Source: Chiloscyllium plagiosum
Taxonomy: Eukaryota
DNA: 29,774 bases
NCBI RefSeq assembly: GCF_004010195.1
Contig: NC_057719.1
Coordinates: 56,746,606-56,776,379 of the forward strand
Reading direction: 5' to 3'
Within the stretch, counting starts at the first letter, position 1, and every line of letters starts with the position of its first letter. Shown here piece by piece: positions 12,101 through 22,175 of the stretch. The notes beneath the pieces were generated by a model, which was given only the letters and a program-made list of their open reading frames with translations, made no database searches and was not told the origin of the DNA. A program made the position numbers and the translations under genes.

Positions 12101-12233
12101 ACGTGTATGGCATGAGCTGACAGAGGAATTGGTGGAGGCTGGCACAAATACAACATTTAGAAGGCATCTGGATGGGTATATGAATAGGAAGTGTTTGGAA
12201 GGATATAGGCCAAGTGCTAGCAAGTGGGACTAG
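9164..12233 (+). pseudogene. CR1 ORF2 remnant (APE endonuclease + RT), copy B
   Basis: YFNARGL, IIAI/TEAWL, YYRPPNS, DFNFPNIDW, GDHN endonuclease motifs; KPGNYRPV, QHGFVRGKSCLTNL, YMDFSKAFDK, FADD RT motifs; frameshifted. Confidence 0.88.
9262..9591 (+). mobile_element. HE1-type tRNA-derived V-SINE
   Basis: A box TGACTCAGTGG 9274-9284; degenerate B box GGTTTGATAGCC 9318-9329; V-SINE-like core CCCACAGTCCAAAGATGTGC; tail TTGGGCCAAAGGACCTGTTTCCACACTGTA similar to the CR1 tail at 7675-7704; CR1 reading frame rejoins across it. Confidence 0.88.
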
Positions 12234-12285
12234 ATTAGGTTAGGATATCTGGTTGGTATGGATGAGTTGGACCGAAGGGTCTGTT

Positions 12286-12350
12286 TGTTCCCATTGGCAG
12301 AGCAATTAGCACTACTTTAAAATGATTGGCAAAATAGCAAATTGACAAAG
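12286..12350 (+). mobile_element. Old CR1 fragment, probable continuation of 3840-4327
   Basis: TGTTCCCATTGGCAGAG...CACTACTTTAAAATGATTGG resembles the old CR1 at ~26625-26675 (TGTTTCCCCTAGCAGAG...CACAGATTTAAGTTGA). Confidence 0.5.
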
Positions 12351-12427
12351 TGCATATTATGACCCCAGTAGAAACCAATAACCTCTAAAAGAAAGGAATC
12401 CCCACAATGCCATGAGAAAGAATACCA

Positions 12428-13320
12428 GTGGACAAGGTTGTGGCAGAGTTGCAGTGCAGCATGAGGATTCCTGCCTGGAGTTCATCTGCTCCATTCACTT
12501 CAACTTTTTTTACTTGTTCGCTGTTTTCTTTTCTCACTTTAATCTACTTACCTTCTGTGGAGAGCGGGTTTGTGCAATGCAGAGGAGAGCGAGCTCAGCG
12601 CATGGGAGATCCAGCCATTGCGGGACAGTCAGCCCAACGTGACAGTGAGAGAGGTCCCGTGGCATCTACAGTAGTGTCGAGTACAGGGGAGATCGAACTT
12701 AGCTTCTCAAGAGAGCTTGGTCGTGGAGACACCAGTGGGGATGGCACCATGGCTTCGTTGGGTCTGGAGCATTGCAGCAGCTAGGGGTCTGGAGCAGGGA
12801 CTTTGGCAGTCAGTGGTATTGCGGCTGGTTGCAGTCTGGTGAGTAGCAGTCGCTGGGGGCCTGGGTTGGGGTTTTGACGATTGGAGATGAATCCCAATGT
12901 GGGAAGAATGAGCCCAATGCAGCAGTCAGGGAGCTCTCCTGCCATCTGCAGCAGTGGTGAGAGCTGGCAGCACGACGTTTCCTGGAGAGTAGGCCAAAGC
13001 AAAGGAGATTGAGCCCTTGTAGGGAGTATAAGCTCAGCATGGCTAAGCACTTAAGAAAGATTGTTGAACTTTTAATTTTGTTTATTTTTCTACTTAATAC
13101 GAAGAAGGTCTGTGATGTACTTTTCAAATTTATACTAATATGGACTTTACTATTTAACTTTTAACTCAGGTGCAAAGTAGAAAAATAAAGAAACCAAGAT
13201 TTTGTATGTAGGTCCCTTTGTATCAAAGATGTTGCTGGGAATGGCGACACTGTACACTTTTCACTGTACTCATGTACTTCTGTCCTTGAGTACACATGAC
13301 AATAGAATCTAATTCTAATT
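12428..13320 (+). mobile_element. Unclassified non-autonomous retroposon-like element with LINE-type (Rex1/Babar-like) 3' tail
   Basis: GC-rich body, no recognisable ORF, 3' stem TGTACTCA (13265-13272)/TGAGTACA (13287-13294), then TGACAATAGAA and TCTAAT repeats. Family assignment from recall only; 5' boundary uncertain. Confidence 0.45.
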
Positions 13321-13344
13321 AAGAATTCATTGTAACAAGTCAAC

Positions 13345-14281
13345 TAGAGTCACAGAGTCATATATATGTACAGCATGGAAACAGACCCTTCGGTCCAACC
13401 TGTCCATGCCGACCAGATATCCCAACCCAATCTAGTCCCACCTGCCAGCACCTGGCCCATGTCCCTCCAAACCCTTTCTATTCCTATATTCATCCAGATG
13501 CCTTTTAAATGTTGCAATTATACTAGCCTCCACCACTTCCTCTGGCAGCCTAAACCTATGTCCTCTCGGTCTGGACTCTTCCCCCTCCCCCACCCCTCCT
13601 TTCAAATAGCTCAAATCCTCCAACCCTGGCAACATCCTTGTAAATCATTTCTGAACCCTTTCAACTTTCACAACATCTTTCCAATAGGAAACAGACCAGA
13701 ACTGTATGGAATATTCCAACAGTGGCCTAACCAATGTCCTGTACAGCCGCAAAAGACCTCTCAACTCCTGTACTCAATACTTTGTCCAATGAAGGGAAGC
13801 ATACCGTATGCCTTCTTCACTATCTGATCTACCTGCGACCCCACTTTCAAGGAGCTATGAACCTGCATTCCAAGGTCTCTTTGTTCAGCCACAACATGAC
13901 CACTCAACTCCTATACTCAATAATCTAACCAATAAAGGAAAGCATACCAAATGCCTTCTTCACCATCTGATCTACCTGCAACCTCACTTTCGAGGAGCTA
14001 TGAACCTGAACTCCAAGGTCTCTTTGTTCAGCAACACTCACCATTAAGTGTACAAGTCCTGCTATGATTTGCTTTCCCAAAATGCAGCACCCAAAATTTA
14101 TCTAAATTAAACTCCATCTGCCACTTCTCAGCCCACTGGCCCATCTCACTAAGATTCTGTTGTAATCTGAGGTAACCTTCTTCGCTGCCCGCTGCACCCC
14201 ACTTTTGATGTCATCTGCAAACTTACTAACTATACCTCTTATGCTCACATCCAAATTATTTATATAAATGATGAAAAGTAC
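13345..14281 (-). mobile_element. 5'-truncated CR1/HER1 copy C with internal deletions and a tandem duplication
   Basis: Reverse-complement tail at 13345-13380; FADD near 14210-14221; same family as copies A and B. Confidence 0.92.
13748..14032. repeat. Two-copy tandem duplication (~142 bp unit) within CR1 copy C
   Basis: CTCAACTCCT...CCAAGGTCTCTTTGTTCAGC occurs at 13748-13889 and again at 13890-14032. Confidence 0.92.
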
Positions 14282-16109
14282 TGGCAATGTAATTTAAGTA
14301 TTAATCAAGGTGAAGGATATTTCAACCAAAGATGTAGATTCCATTTTAAATAATTGATACAAAAGTATACTTCATATAGTTCCAAGCACTTGCATTACTT
14401 GTTGCAGAAACGTGGTATCCCATCCAACTACGTTTTTTTCCAAGTCAGTCTTTGTTGTATAGAATAGTACCCCCTCAATTATTTCAGCCCTTGGAACACA
14501 TTTACTAGAAATTCTCATTCATCTGCAGTCCTTGGACATGTTTACCACTGACAAAGTGCACATCTACAAACCCTCTCGCATGCAAGTCACAACAATACTA
14601 ATGACACAGGAGTCCCAGACACCTTGTTCTTCGAGGCATTAAATGGTCTGGAGAGCTCTGGCAACACTGAAACAGCAGCAATGGGTTTTGTTTTCTTGGC
14701 CTTCCCAATAAAAAACAGAGTTTAAAGTCCCACCAATTTGAATATGTTTCATGGAATGTCTGAATAGGTTGATTAAAATAAATGTAATACAAATAGCAAT
14801 AATGGAATTTTCCACTCCCTCGATGGCAAGAAATGTGAGAAAATATGGTGAAAATGAAAAAAATTCAAAATCTTGACATTCAGGAAAAAAGGTCCACTTT
14901 TCCCCTTAAGGTTAAAGGTACATTCAGAACTTTGCTAATGAGCAGAGACACCATCATTTCCATGCAATTGAATATCATTAATAATCCAACTCTCAGGGGA
15001 GTCAGTGACATAATGATAATGTCATGGGACTAGCAATCTCGAGCTTCATGTTAACTGCTATTATAAGGAAATTGCATAAGTGCTGAAGAAGAAAATTCCT
15101 AGAGTTGGGGGGATAAGGACAGGAAAGTGAAACAATTGCGTTACTGTCACAGAGAGCCAACATAGATACAACCAGCTTAATTGCTTTCCTCTGTACTGAA
15201 ATCAAAGATTTAAATAAAACAGCTTGTCGATAACGTTTTGAACAGGACAGACAAAAATCACAAAGGGTAAAGGATTAACTTGCTATAATTGCTTGAAGGA
15301 GCTAATCATGCTTAAACTGGACATCAGGAACTTTTGTTTACTAGCTTCAGAGTTGCTTGCGTTATGACCTTTTGGTACACTGTACGGAAATATTAGACTT
15401 TACAGTAACCAGCTAATGTACAGGATATGTGAAAGAGTAATTATCAAGATTAAAATGCAAATAGCATGGATCTTTTGAACTAATCATTATATCTCTTACC
15501 TGTTTGTAACAGTTTTAAACTTCCTTTAGTGCAATAACTCCATATATCACTTTACTGTTTCACTTGTCCTACTTTCTTTTATTTATGTCACTTGTTTCCA
15601 CCATATGATATTATATTAGGTCATAGCATACATAAATTAAGATGCTCGGTCGGATAGTATTAACTTCACGACAAGAAATCTTCGAAACATAAGTTGCTGC
15701 TTTAACCTAATATTTCAAAAGATACTATAAAGCAAAGCAACAGAAGACAAATAAAGCAGTTGTGTGGCTCTTCACTTTTAGAACTTGTTCAAGGAAGCTC
15801 CCAGTCGCTTCACAGCTGCAGAATTATTGGGGGCTAACAGTGCCCTGTTCACAGCAGTGATTCTTGCAGAGAGAATATGAGGCTCTGCATTACCAGAAAG
15901 TAATATTCTGTTAACATAGCATTATTGGAGTACCCACCTACTGTGCTTTTCATTCAATGTGATTCAGCTGAGAGCCATCTCTTGAAAAATTATGCTTGAA
16001 GCAAGGGTATAAAGTGAGTTTGTTAGCATGTTAGAACTGCAGTAACATAGGGCCCCAGAAAATTCCCAGTTGTGTGATGTTTTTTGTCTCCACACAGCCT
16101 GGTACATAT

Positions 16110-16571
16110 AGGATGTTGCCAGGGTTGGAGGATTTGAGCTATAGGGAGAGGCTGAATAGGCTGGGGCTGCTTTCCCTGGAGCATCGAAGGCTATGGGATG
16201 ACCTCAGAGGTTTATAAAATCATGAGGGGCATGGTTAGGATAAATAGACAAAGTCTCTTCCCTGGGGTGGGGAGTCCAGAACGAGAGGTCATAGGTTTAG
16301 GGTGAGAGGGGAAAGATATAAAATGACCTAAGGGGCAATCTTTCCACACAGAGGGTGGTATGTGTATGTATTGAGCTGCCAGTGGAAGTGGTGGAGGCTA
16401 GTACAATTGCAACATTTAAAAGGCATCTGGATGGGTATATGAAGAGGAAGGGTTTGGAGGGAATGGGCCGGGTGCTGACAGGTGGAACTAGATTGGGTTG
16501 GGATATCTGGTCGGCATGGACGGGTTGGAACGAAGGGCTGTTTCTGTGCTGTACATCTCTATAACTGTATG
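16110..16571 (+). mobile_element. 5'-truncated CR1/HER1 3' fragment
   Basis: Aligns to ~7255-7721, including the tail CTGTACATCTCTATAACTGTATGA. Confidence 0.93.
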
Positions 16572-17110
16572 AACAGTCTATTTGAACAGGAGGCAAATTG
16601 TATCATGAACAACACAAAATGCTCCCTATCTGGAACAATCTATATTCCTTAGTGAGAATATGTTTCAGTGATATTGGTAATGGGAATACAGTAGACTTAA
16701 ACAACACATTAACAAATTATTTCTGACAGCTGTCTTCTGATAATGGCATGAATGAAATAGAAAAAAAACTGCAGGCAGCTGCTGCAATCAAAAGTGAAAT
16801 GTAATCAGAGAAAAATTTGCTTTGATCCAGAAAAAAATTATAACGGAAGTAGACTGTCATGCTTACTAAGAAGAAAACACATCTCAAGCATTCATTCCAG
16901 ACGAGGAAAGTTGAGAACAAATGCTACTGATCGTTAAAAATAATTCACGTCTTAATTTGAGTAGAATCAGAAGACGACAACACTCCCTTTGTGATTTTTG
17001 AAACTGCAGGCCATTTAAGAAACAGGCTATGCATAGTTCACTTACGTAAATATCTTTAGGACTACATTACTACAAGACTATTTTTAGATTTTCTGAGAGA
17101 AAAGATGAAT

Positions 17111-17158
17111 TTAGGATATCTGGTCGGGTCTGTTTCCGTGCTGTACATCTCTACGACT
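17111..17158 (+). mobile_element. Very short CR1/HER1 tail fragment with internal deletion
   Basis: GGATATCTGGTCGG|GTCTGTTTCCGTGCTGTACATCTCTACGACT; about 22 nt missing relative to the other tails. Confidence 0.85.
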
Positions 17159-17429
17159 TGCAACTAGTAAGATATAGATCTTACTACCTATTGTCAGTTC
17201 TTTCATGCAAAACATCCAAGATCATTCCTTTACTGAAGACCCATTATTAATTAATTCATTCAGTTATTTAGTAAATAGCTTCAGGCAAGATAATGCACTG
17301 TTGCAGAGATTCTGAATGCATCTGAACATCAACCCTTTACCATTGTTCCTTAAGTATTATATTATCACTGACATAGCACATTTTATTATTACAATTTACT
17401 ACATATGTTGGTGACATGTGAGTGGCCAG

Positions 17430-17700
17430 TGAGCATTTTGTGCAGTGTAGGTGGCTGTTACTCTCCTGGCATCTGGGTGCAAAATAAGAGACAATGCTGC
17501 CAAGGAAAAACATGCGGCCATCTGACCACAAGGAAGGAAGTAGTTGACAATCAAGAGACTACTCTGGTTTTTGGCTCAATGGTAATGAAAAACATCACCC
17601 TCTGGACAATAATGGCAGGGATAGCGAATGACGGACGAAAAAAACAGATAGAGATTATAATGAGGCACCAACTTGCTGAAGCTACAACACAGGATTATGC
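17430..17700 (+). mobile_element. Possible ancient RTE-clade LINE C-terminal remnant
   Basis: Peptides CYSPGIWVQNKRQ, TIKRLLWF and FGSMVMK..TIMAG..GRKKQ fall in the order of RTE ORF2 C-terminal motifs; weak similarity judged by eye. Confidence 0.3.
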
Positions 17701-17914
17701 ATGCCAGAAGTGCAGCTGCACGCAATAACAGAGCAGAGCCATCCCAAAAGCAAAAGATTAAAGATCTGTATCTGTGATATTTTGTGAATTATGGGGGCAA
17801 TGGAACAACAAATTGGAGGATGATATTCCAAAAAACAATGCATAAATATGAGGTATTGCATTTTGATAAAACAAAAAGGGTAGGGTTTACACAATTAATA
17901 GTTGCATCTTGGTT

Positions 17915-18331
17915 CGTGTTCTAGAACAGAGGAACATAAGGGTGCAGTTACATAATTCTTTGAAGTTTGCGTCACATAGGGTGGATAAAAAGCGTTTGGC
18001 TGCTTGCCTTCATTGCTCAGTCCTTTGAGAATAGGAATTGGGAAGTCCTGTTGAGATTGCACAGGACACTGATGAGGCCTGTTCCGGAATACTGTGTTCA
18101 GTTCTGGTCGCCCAGGTTTTGGAAGACTATTATTAAACCGGAGAAGGTTCAGAGGAGATTTACAGGATGTTGCAGAGTAGGGAAGGTTTGAGTTATAAAG
18201 AAAGGCTGGGACTTTTTTCCACTGGAGCAAAGGATGTTGAGAGGCGACCTTATAGAAGTTTATAAAATAAATGAGGGGTATAGATAGAGTTAATAGTAGT
18301 TGTCTTTTCCCTAGGATGGGGGATTTCAAGA
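17915..18331 (+). mobile_element. CR1 ORF2 internal 3' fragment, different subfamily
   Basis: EVLLRLHRTLMRPVPEYCVQFWSP...EKVQRRFT...LRGDLIEVYKI; no tail. Confidence 0.88.
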
Positions 18332-19529
18332 TGATACCTTAAAATCAAAATTACAAATTGTCTTATATAAGAAAAATGTATCCTCTCTTTCCATTGTGAT
18401 CTTAGGTGGCGAGAATTACAATGAATAGCTGAATGTTTATGCTCTTTATTGATTTTACACTATTATATACAACCAGGGAAAGAGAGAGAGAATGAGCAAC
18501 CATAAGATTATTATTGTTGTTTCGGATTGTATCTTTAAAAGTGGGGTTAATTTGAAATGGTTTCATGGGATCTATTCAGGGGATCTGATAGGAAATCTCG
18601 ATTATTTAACTATTAAGAATTAAATGGAGGAATCAAATTCTTTTATTGAAAGTGAGGTGCCAGATATTTACACTTGGGGACAATGGCAGTTGTTTCTAAT
18701 TTCACAATGATAAGATCCTGTGTCTCTTGCGACCCAGAAAGCTGTTACTGATATTAAGTGATAAACAGTTTGCTGACACTTATCTCTGTGTTTCAAAGAT
18801 AAGAGATCAGAGATACCTTATTTGCAATTCTACATGGACAAAAATGGAAAATAGGAGCAGGAGTAGACCATTTAGCTCTTTGCTCAACTATTAATCATTC
18901 CAGTTTTCTCCCCATAACCCTTTAGTCCCAAGAATGTTCTCTAGCTCCTTCTTGAAAACTTTCAATGATTTGGTCTCAACTGCTTTCTGTGACAAAGAAT
19001 TCCACAGGCTCACCACTCTCTGAGTAACCTCAGCGCACCTCAGTTCTCATATCCTTAAACTCTGACCCTGGTTCTGGACTCTGGTCATTGGGATCATTCT
19101 TCCTGTGTTTACCCTGTCTAGTCATGTTGGAATTTTATAGGTTTCTGTTAGAAACCCTCATTCTTCTAAGTTCCAGAGAATATGGTCCAAACCAATCCAT
19201 CTCTTTTCATACATCAGTCCTGTCACCCCAGGAACCCCATTGTACTTTATCCATAGCTTGAACAACCTTCCTCAGAAAAGGTTGCACCAAAAGTGCACAT
19301 CATACTCCAGTTTTGATCTCACCAATGTCATATACTATGCAGGAAGACATCCCTGCTATTGTACTCGAATCCTCTCATTATGAAGGCCAACATACCATTT
19401 AACTGCTGCACCTGCACGCTTAAACTTTCAATGACTGGTGTACAAAAAAACACCCAGGTCTTGTTACACATTCCTCTTTCCCAATCTATTACCTTTCAGA
19501 AAATCATTTGCCATCCTGTTTTTGCTACC

Positions 19530-20132
19530 TGTTACGGGCCAGGCCAAACCCTAATTTTTCTAGTTGTTTTAAGCAGATGTCCCTAGAGTGATCAGCTTGT
19601 CAAACCACTCAGTTTTAAACAAAACAGAATTTATTTACAGACACCTCTATGATGACTGAATGAAACACAAGCAAAAGAAAACAGAATTTAGAATAACAAC
19701 AATTTGAAAACCCCTGCAACTTAACAAACAGCTGTTCAGATTTCCTGCAACATCCCATAAACAGACCCCTTGGCCAAAAAGGTAAATTCAAACACAGGTT
19801 CTTACAGGAGAGAGAGAGAGAGTGTAGAGAGGATCAGCCTGGGATCATTGACTGAAACATGGAACATCTTTTTTCCCCAGCAGCGTCTCGGAGTACCCAG
19901 CTAAAACTAAACCAAATTAGAAAAATCCCTGAACTGCGAGAACTGGTCACTCCCCTTTCATTATAAAAATGTTTTTAAAAAACCTAAACGCCCATTTCCC
20001 CATTTGTTGCCTTAGGCAGTATCAGTCATAATCAAAGGGCCCAACCCCAACAAATCTATACCTCTGGTTCCTAAAACCCCTTTTGAAAAAAAAACCAAGG
20101 ACAACATGACCTAGAGGAGCAGCATCATCACA
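19530..20132 (-). mobile_element. Probable solo LTR (~603 bp)
   Basis: TGTTA...TCACA termini (TG..CA); splits the CR1 between TTTGCTACC and AAGTAGATAACC; minus-strand AATAAA at 19630-19635; no clean target-site duplication. Confidence 0.65.
19808..19822. repeat. (GA)7 microsatellite inside the LTR
   Basis: GAGAGAGAGAGAGAG. Confidence 0.9.
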
Positions 20133-20515
20133 GACGGAAGTAGATAACCACACACTTATCCACATTACACTTCTTTTGCCAAAATTGCACTGAAGCATCT
20201 TCCTCACAGTTCATCTTCCCACTCAGCTTTGTGTCATTTGCCAACTACGATATTACATTCAGTCCTTTTCCAAATCATTAACATATATTGAAAATAGCTG
20301 GGGTTCAAGCACTGAGACCTGTGGTACCTCACTAGTCACTGCCTGCTGCTTGAAAAATGTCCCAATTATTCCTATGCTTTGTTTCCTGTCTGTCAACCAG
20401 TTCTCTATTTATGCTGGTACACTAACTCTAATTCCTTGTCCCTTAATTTTACATGATAATCTCTTTTTTGGGACCATATTGAAAGACTTCTGAAAGTGCA
20501 ACTAAACCACATCCA

Positions 20516-20620
20516 TATCGAGTTCTGAAGAGGGGTCTCTGGACCCAAAAGATTAACTCTGTTTCTCTCTCCATTGCTACCAAACTTGCTGAGTTTTCTT
20601 AACAATTTCTGATTTCATTT
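20516..20620 (+). mobile_element. Short Penelope-like terminal-repeat relic with decayed hammerhead motif
   Basis: GAGTT-CTGAAGA-G-GGGTC-TCTG-GACCC-AAAAGATT-AACTC, then CTTGCTGAGTTTTCTTAACAATTTCTG; interrupts the old CR1 RT region. Confidence 0.75.
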
Positions 20621-21370
20621 CACACTCACTGGGTCTTGCTTAGCAAACCTCAGTTACATTCTTAAAAAAAGCTAATACATTTGTTAAGCATGATTTCCCT
20701 TTTGTAACTTCATGCTGACTCTGTCCAATTCTGAACTGTTTTCTAAGTGCTTGATGATGAAATTTTTAGAATGCACTTTAGCAAATTCCCTATTATCGAT
20801 GTCAGGCTAATCTGTCGATAACTCTCTGTACTTCTTTTTAAAAAAATTAATGAGGTTACATTAGCTACCCTTCAATCCATAGCAAATGTTCCAGAGGCTA
20901 TAGAACCTTGAAAGATGACCAACCAATGCTCTCCAACATTTGTGAGGTGTTATTTGTGTCTTTCTTTGTAGAGACACAACCAATGTATACATATATAATT
21001 ACTCTGCCGATTGTTTGCTCCCCACAATAACTTCCCCCAATACTGATGTAACGGGCCTATAATTGTTGCCGTGAAAACCTTTTCTCTTCACCACATACCT
21101 ATAGAGGTTTTTAAACATTAGTTTGTATGTTTCCTACAAGCTTACTCATACTCTCTTTTCACCTTTTTAATCAATCACTTTGCCATCCTTGCTGAGATCC
21201 TCAGGTCTGCTGCTCTTTTGGCCAATTTGTATGCCCCTTCCTTGGATCTAATACCACACTAATTTCCCTTCTAAGGCATGGTTGGGCCACCATTTCCACC
21301 TATTTTTGTGTGAGACAGGAATGAACATTTGTTGCAGTTCCTCCATATCCTCTTTACATGTTTGCACAAG

Positions 21371-22174
21371 ATACAGTCATAGAGTCATAGAGATGTACAG
21401 CACAGAAACAGACCCTTTCGTCCAACTTGTCCATGCCGACCAGATATCCCAACCTAATCTAGTTCCACCTCCCAGCACCTGGCCCATATCCCTCCAAACT
21501 CTTCCTATTCATATACCCATCCTGATGCCTTTTTAAAGTTGCAAGTGTTCCAGGCTCCACCACTTCCTCTGGCAACTCAGTCCATACACATACCACCCTC
21601 TGCAGGAAAAAGAGGCTCCTTAGGTCATTTTATATCTTTCCCCTCTCATCCTAAACCCATGCCCTCTGGTTCTGGACTCCCCCACCCCAAGGAACCTATC
21701 CATGCCCCTCATGATTTTGTAAACTTATATAAAGTCACTCCTCAGCCTCCGATGCTCCAGGGAAAACAGCCCCAGCCTGTTCAGCCTCTCCCTATAGCTC
21801 AAATCCTCCAACCCTGGCAACATCCTTCTAAATCTTTTCTGAACTCTTTCCGATAGGAAGAAGACCAGAATTGCATGCAATATTCCAACAGTGGCCTAAC
21901 CAATGTCCTGTACAGCCGCAACATGACCTCTCAACTCCTGTACTCAGTCGTCTGACCAATAAAAGAAAGCATATACCAAACGCCGCCTTCACTATCCTAA
22001 CTACCTGCGACTCCACTTTCAAGGAACTATGAACTTGTACTCCAAGGTCTCTTTGTTCAGCAACACTCCCTAGGACCTTACCATTAAGTGTATAAGTCCT
22101 ACTAAGACTTGCTTTCCCAAAATGCAGCACTTCACATTATTTAAATTAAATTCCATCTGCCACTTCTCAGCCCA
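21371..22174 (-). mobile_element. CR1/HER1 copy D, 3' part
   Basis: Reverse-complement tail CTCTATGACTCTATGACTGTAT; HFGKASLSRTYTLNGKVLGSVAEQRDLGV; stops abruptly at the Penelope junction. Confidence 0.93.
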
Positions 22175-22175
22175 C

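Larger units (their letters stand above)
7722..12286 (+). mobile_element. CR1/HER1-type LINE copy B, near full length, degenerate, interrupted by a SINE
   Basis: Collinear with copy A from ~8092; ORF1 remnant ends TAG 9039-9041; ORF2 opens with KLNCIYFNARGL, has FADD at 11427-11438 and stops at 12233; 3'UTR stops at GGGTCTGTTT with no terminal repeat. 7722-8090 is assigned as 5'UTR by position. Confidence 0.9.
18845..21366 (-). mobile_element. Old CR1 LINE (3' ~1.8 kb), interrupted by a solo LTR and a Penelope relic
   Basis: Tail-side ATAGGAGCAGGAGTAGACCATT at ~18851; minus-strand decayed RT motifs LANDTK (~20228-20245) and VTSEVPQVSVLEP (~20300-20340); homology continues to ~21366. Confidence 0.8.

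Noticed and set aside
4527..12233. RT next to an esterase as a retron/DGR-like or defence system
   Set aside because: Fully explained by the standard CR1 ORF1/ORF2 layout; all copies are disrupted.
11780..13827. Longer antisense-type ORFs (147 aa at 11780-12223, 153 aa at 13366-13827)
   Set aside because: Opposite-strand shadows of CR1 ORF2 and 3'UTR, recurring in several copies.
15500..15552. Minus-strand SDIWSY peptide before CAG|GTAAG, like kinase subdomain IX
   Set aside because: In-frame stop immediately upstream, no acceptor, and following residues do not fit a kinase.
17046..17092. 47-nt minus-strand exon-like segment with good splice signals
   Set aside because: Stop codons in all three frames; at most non-coding and untestable here.
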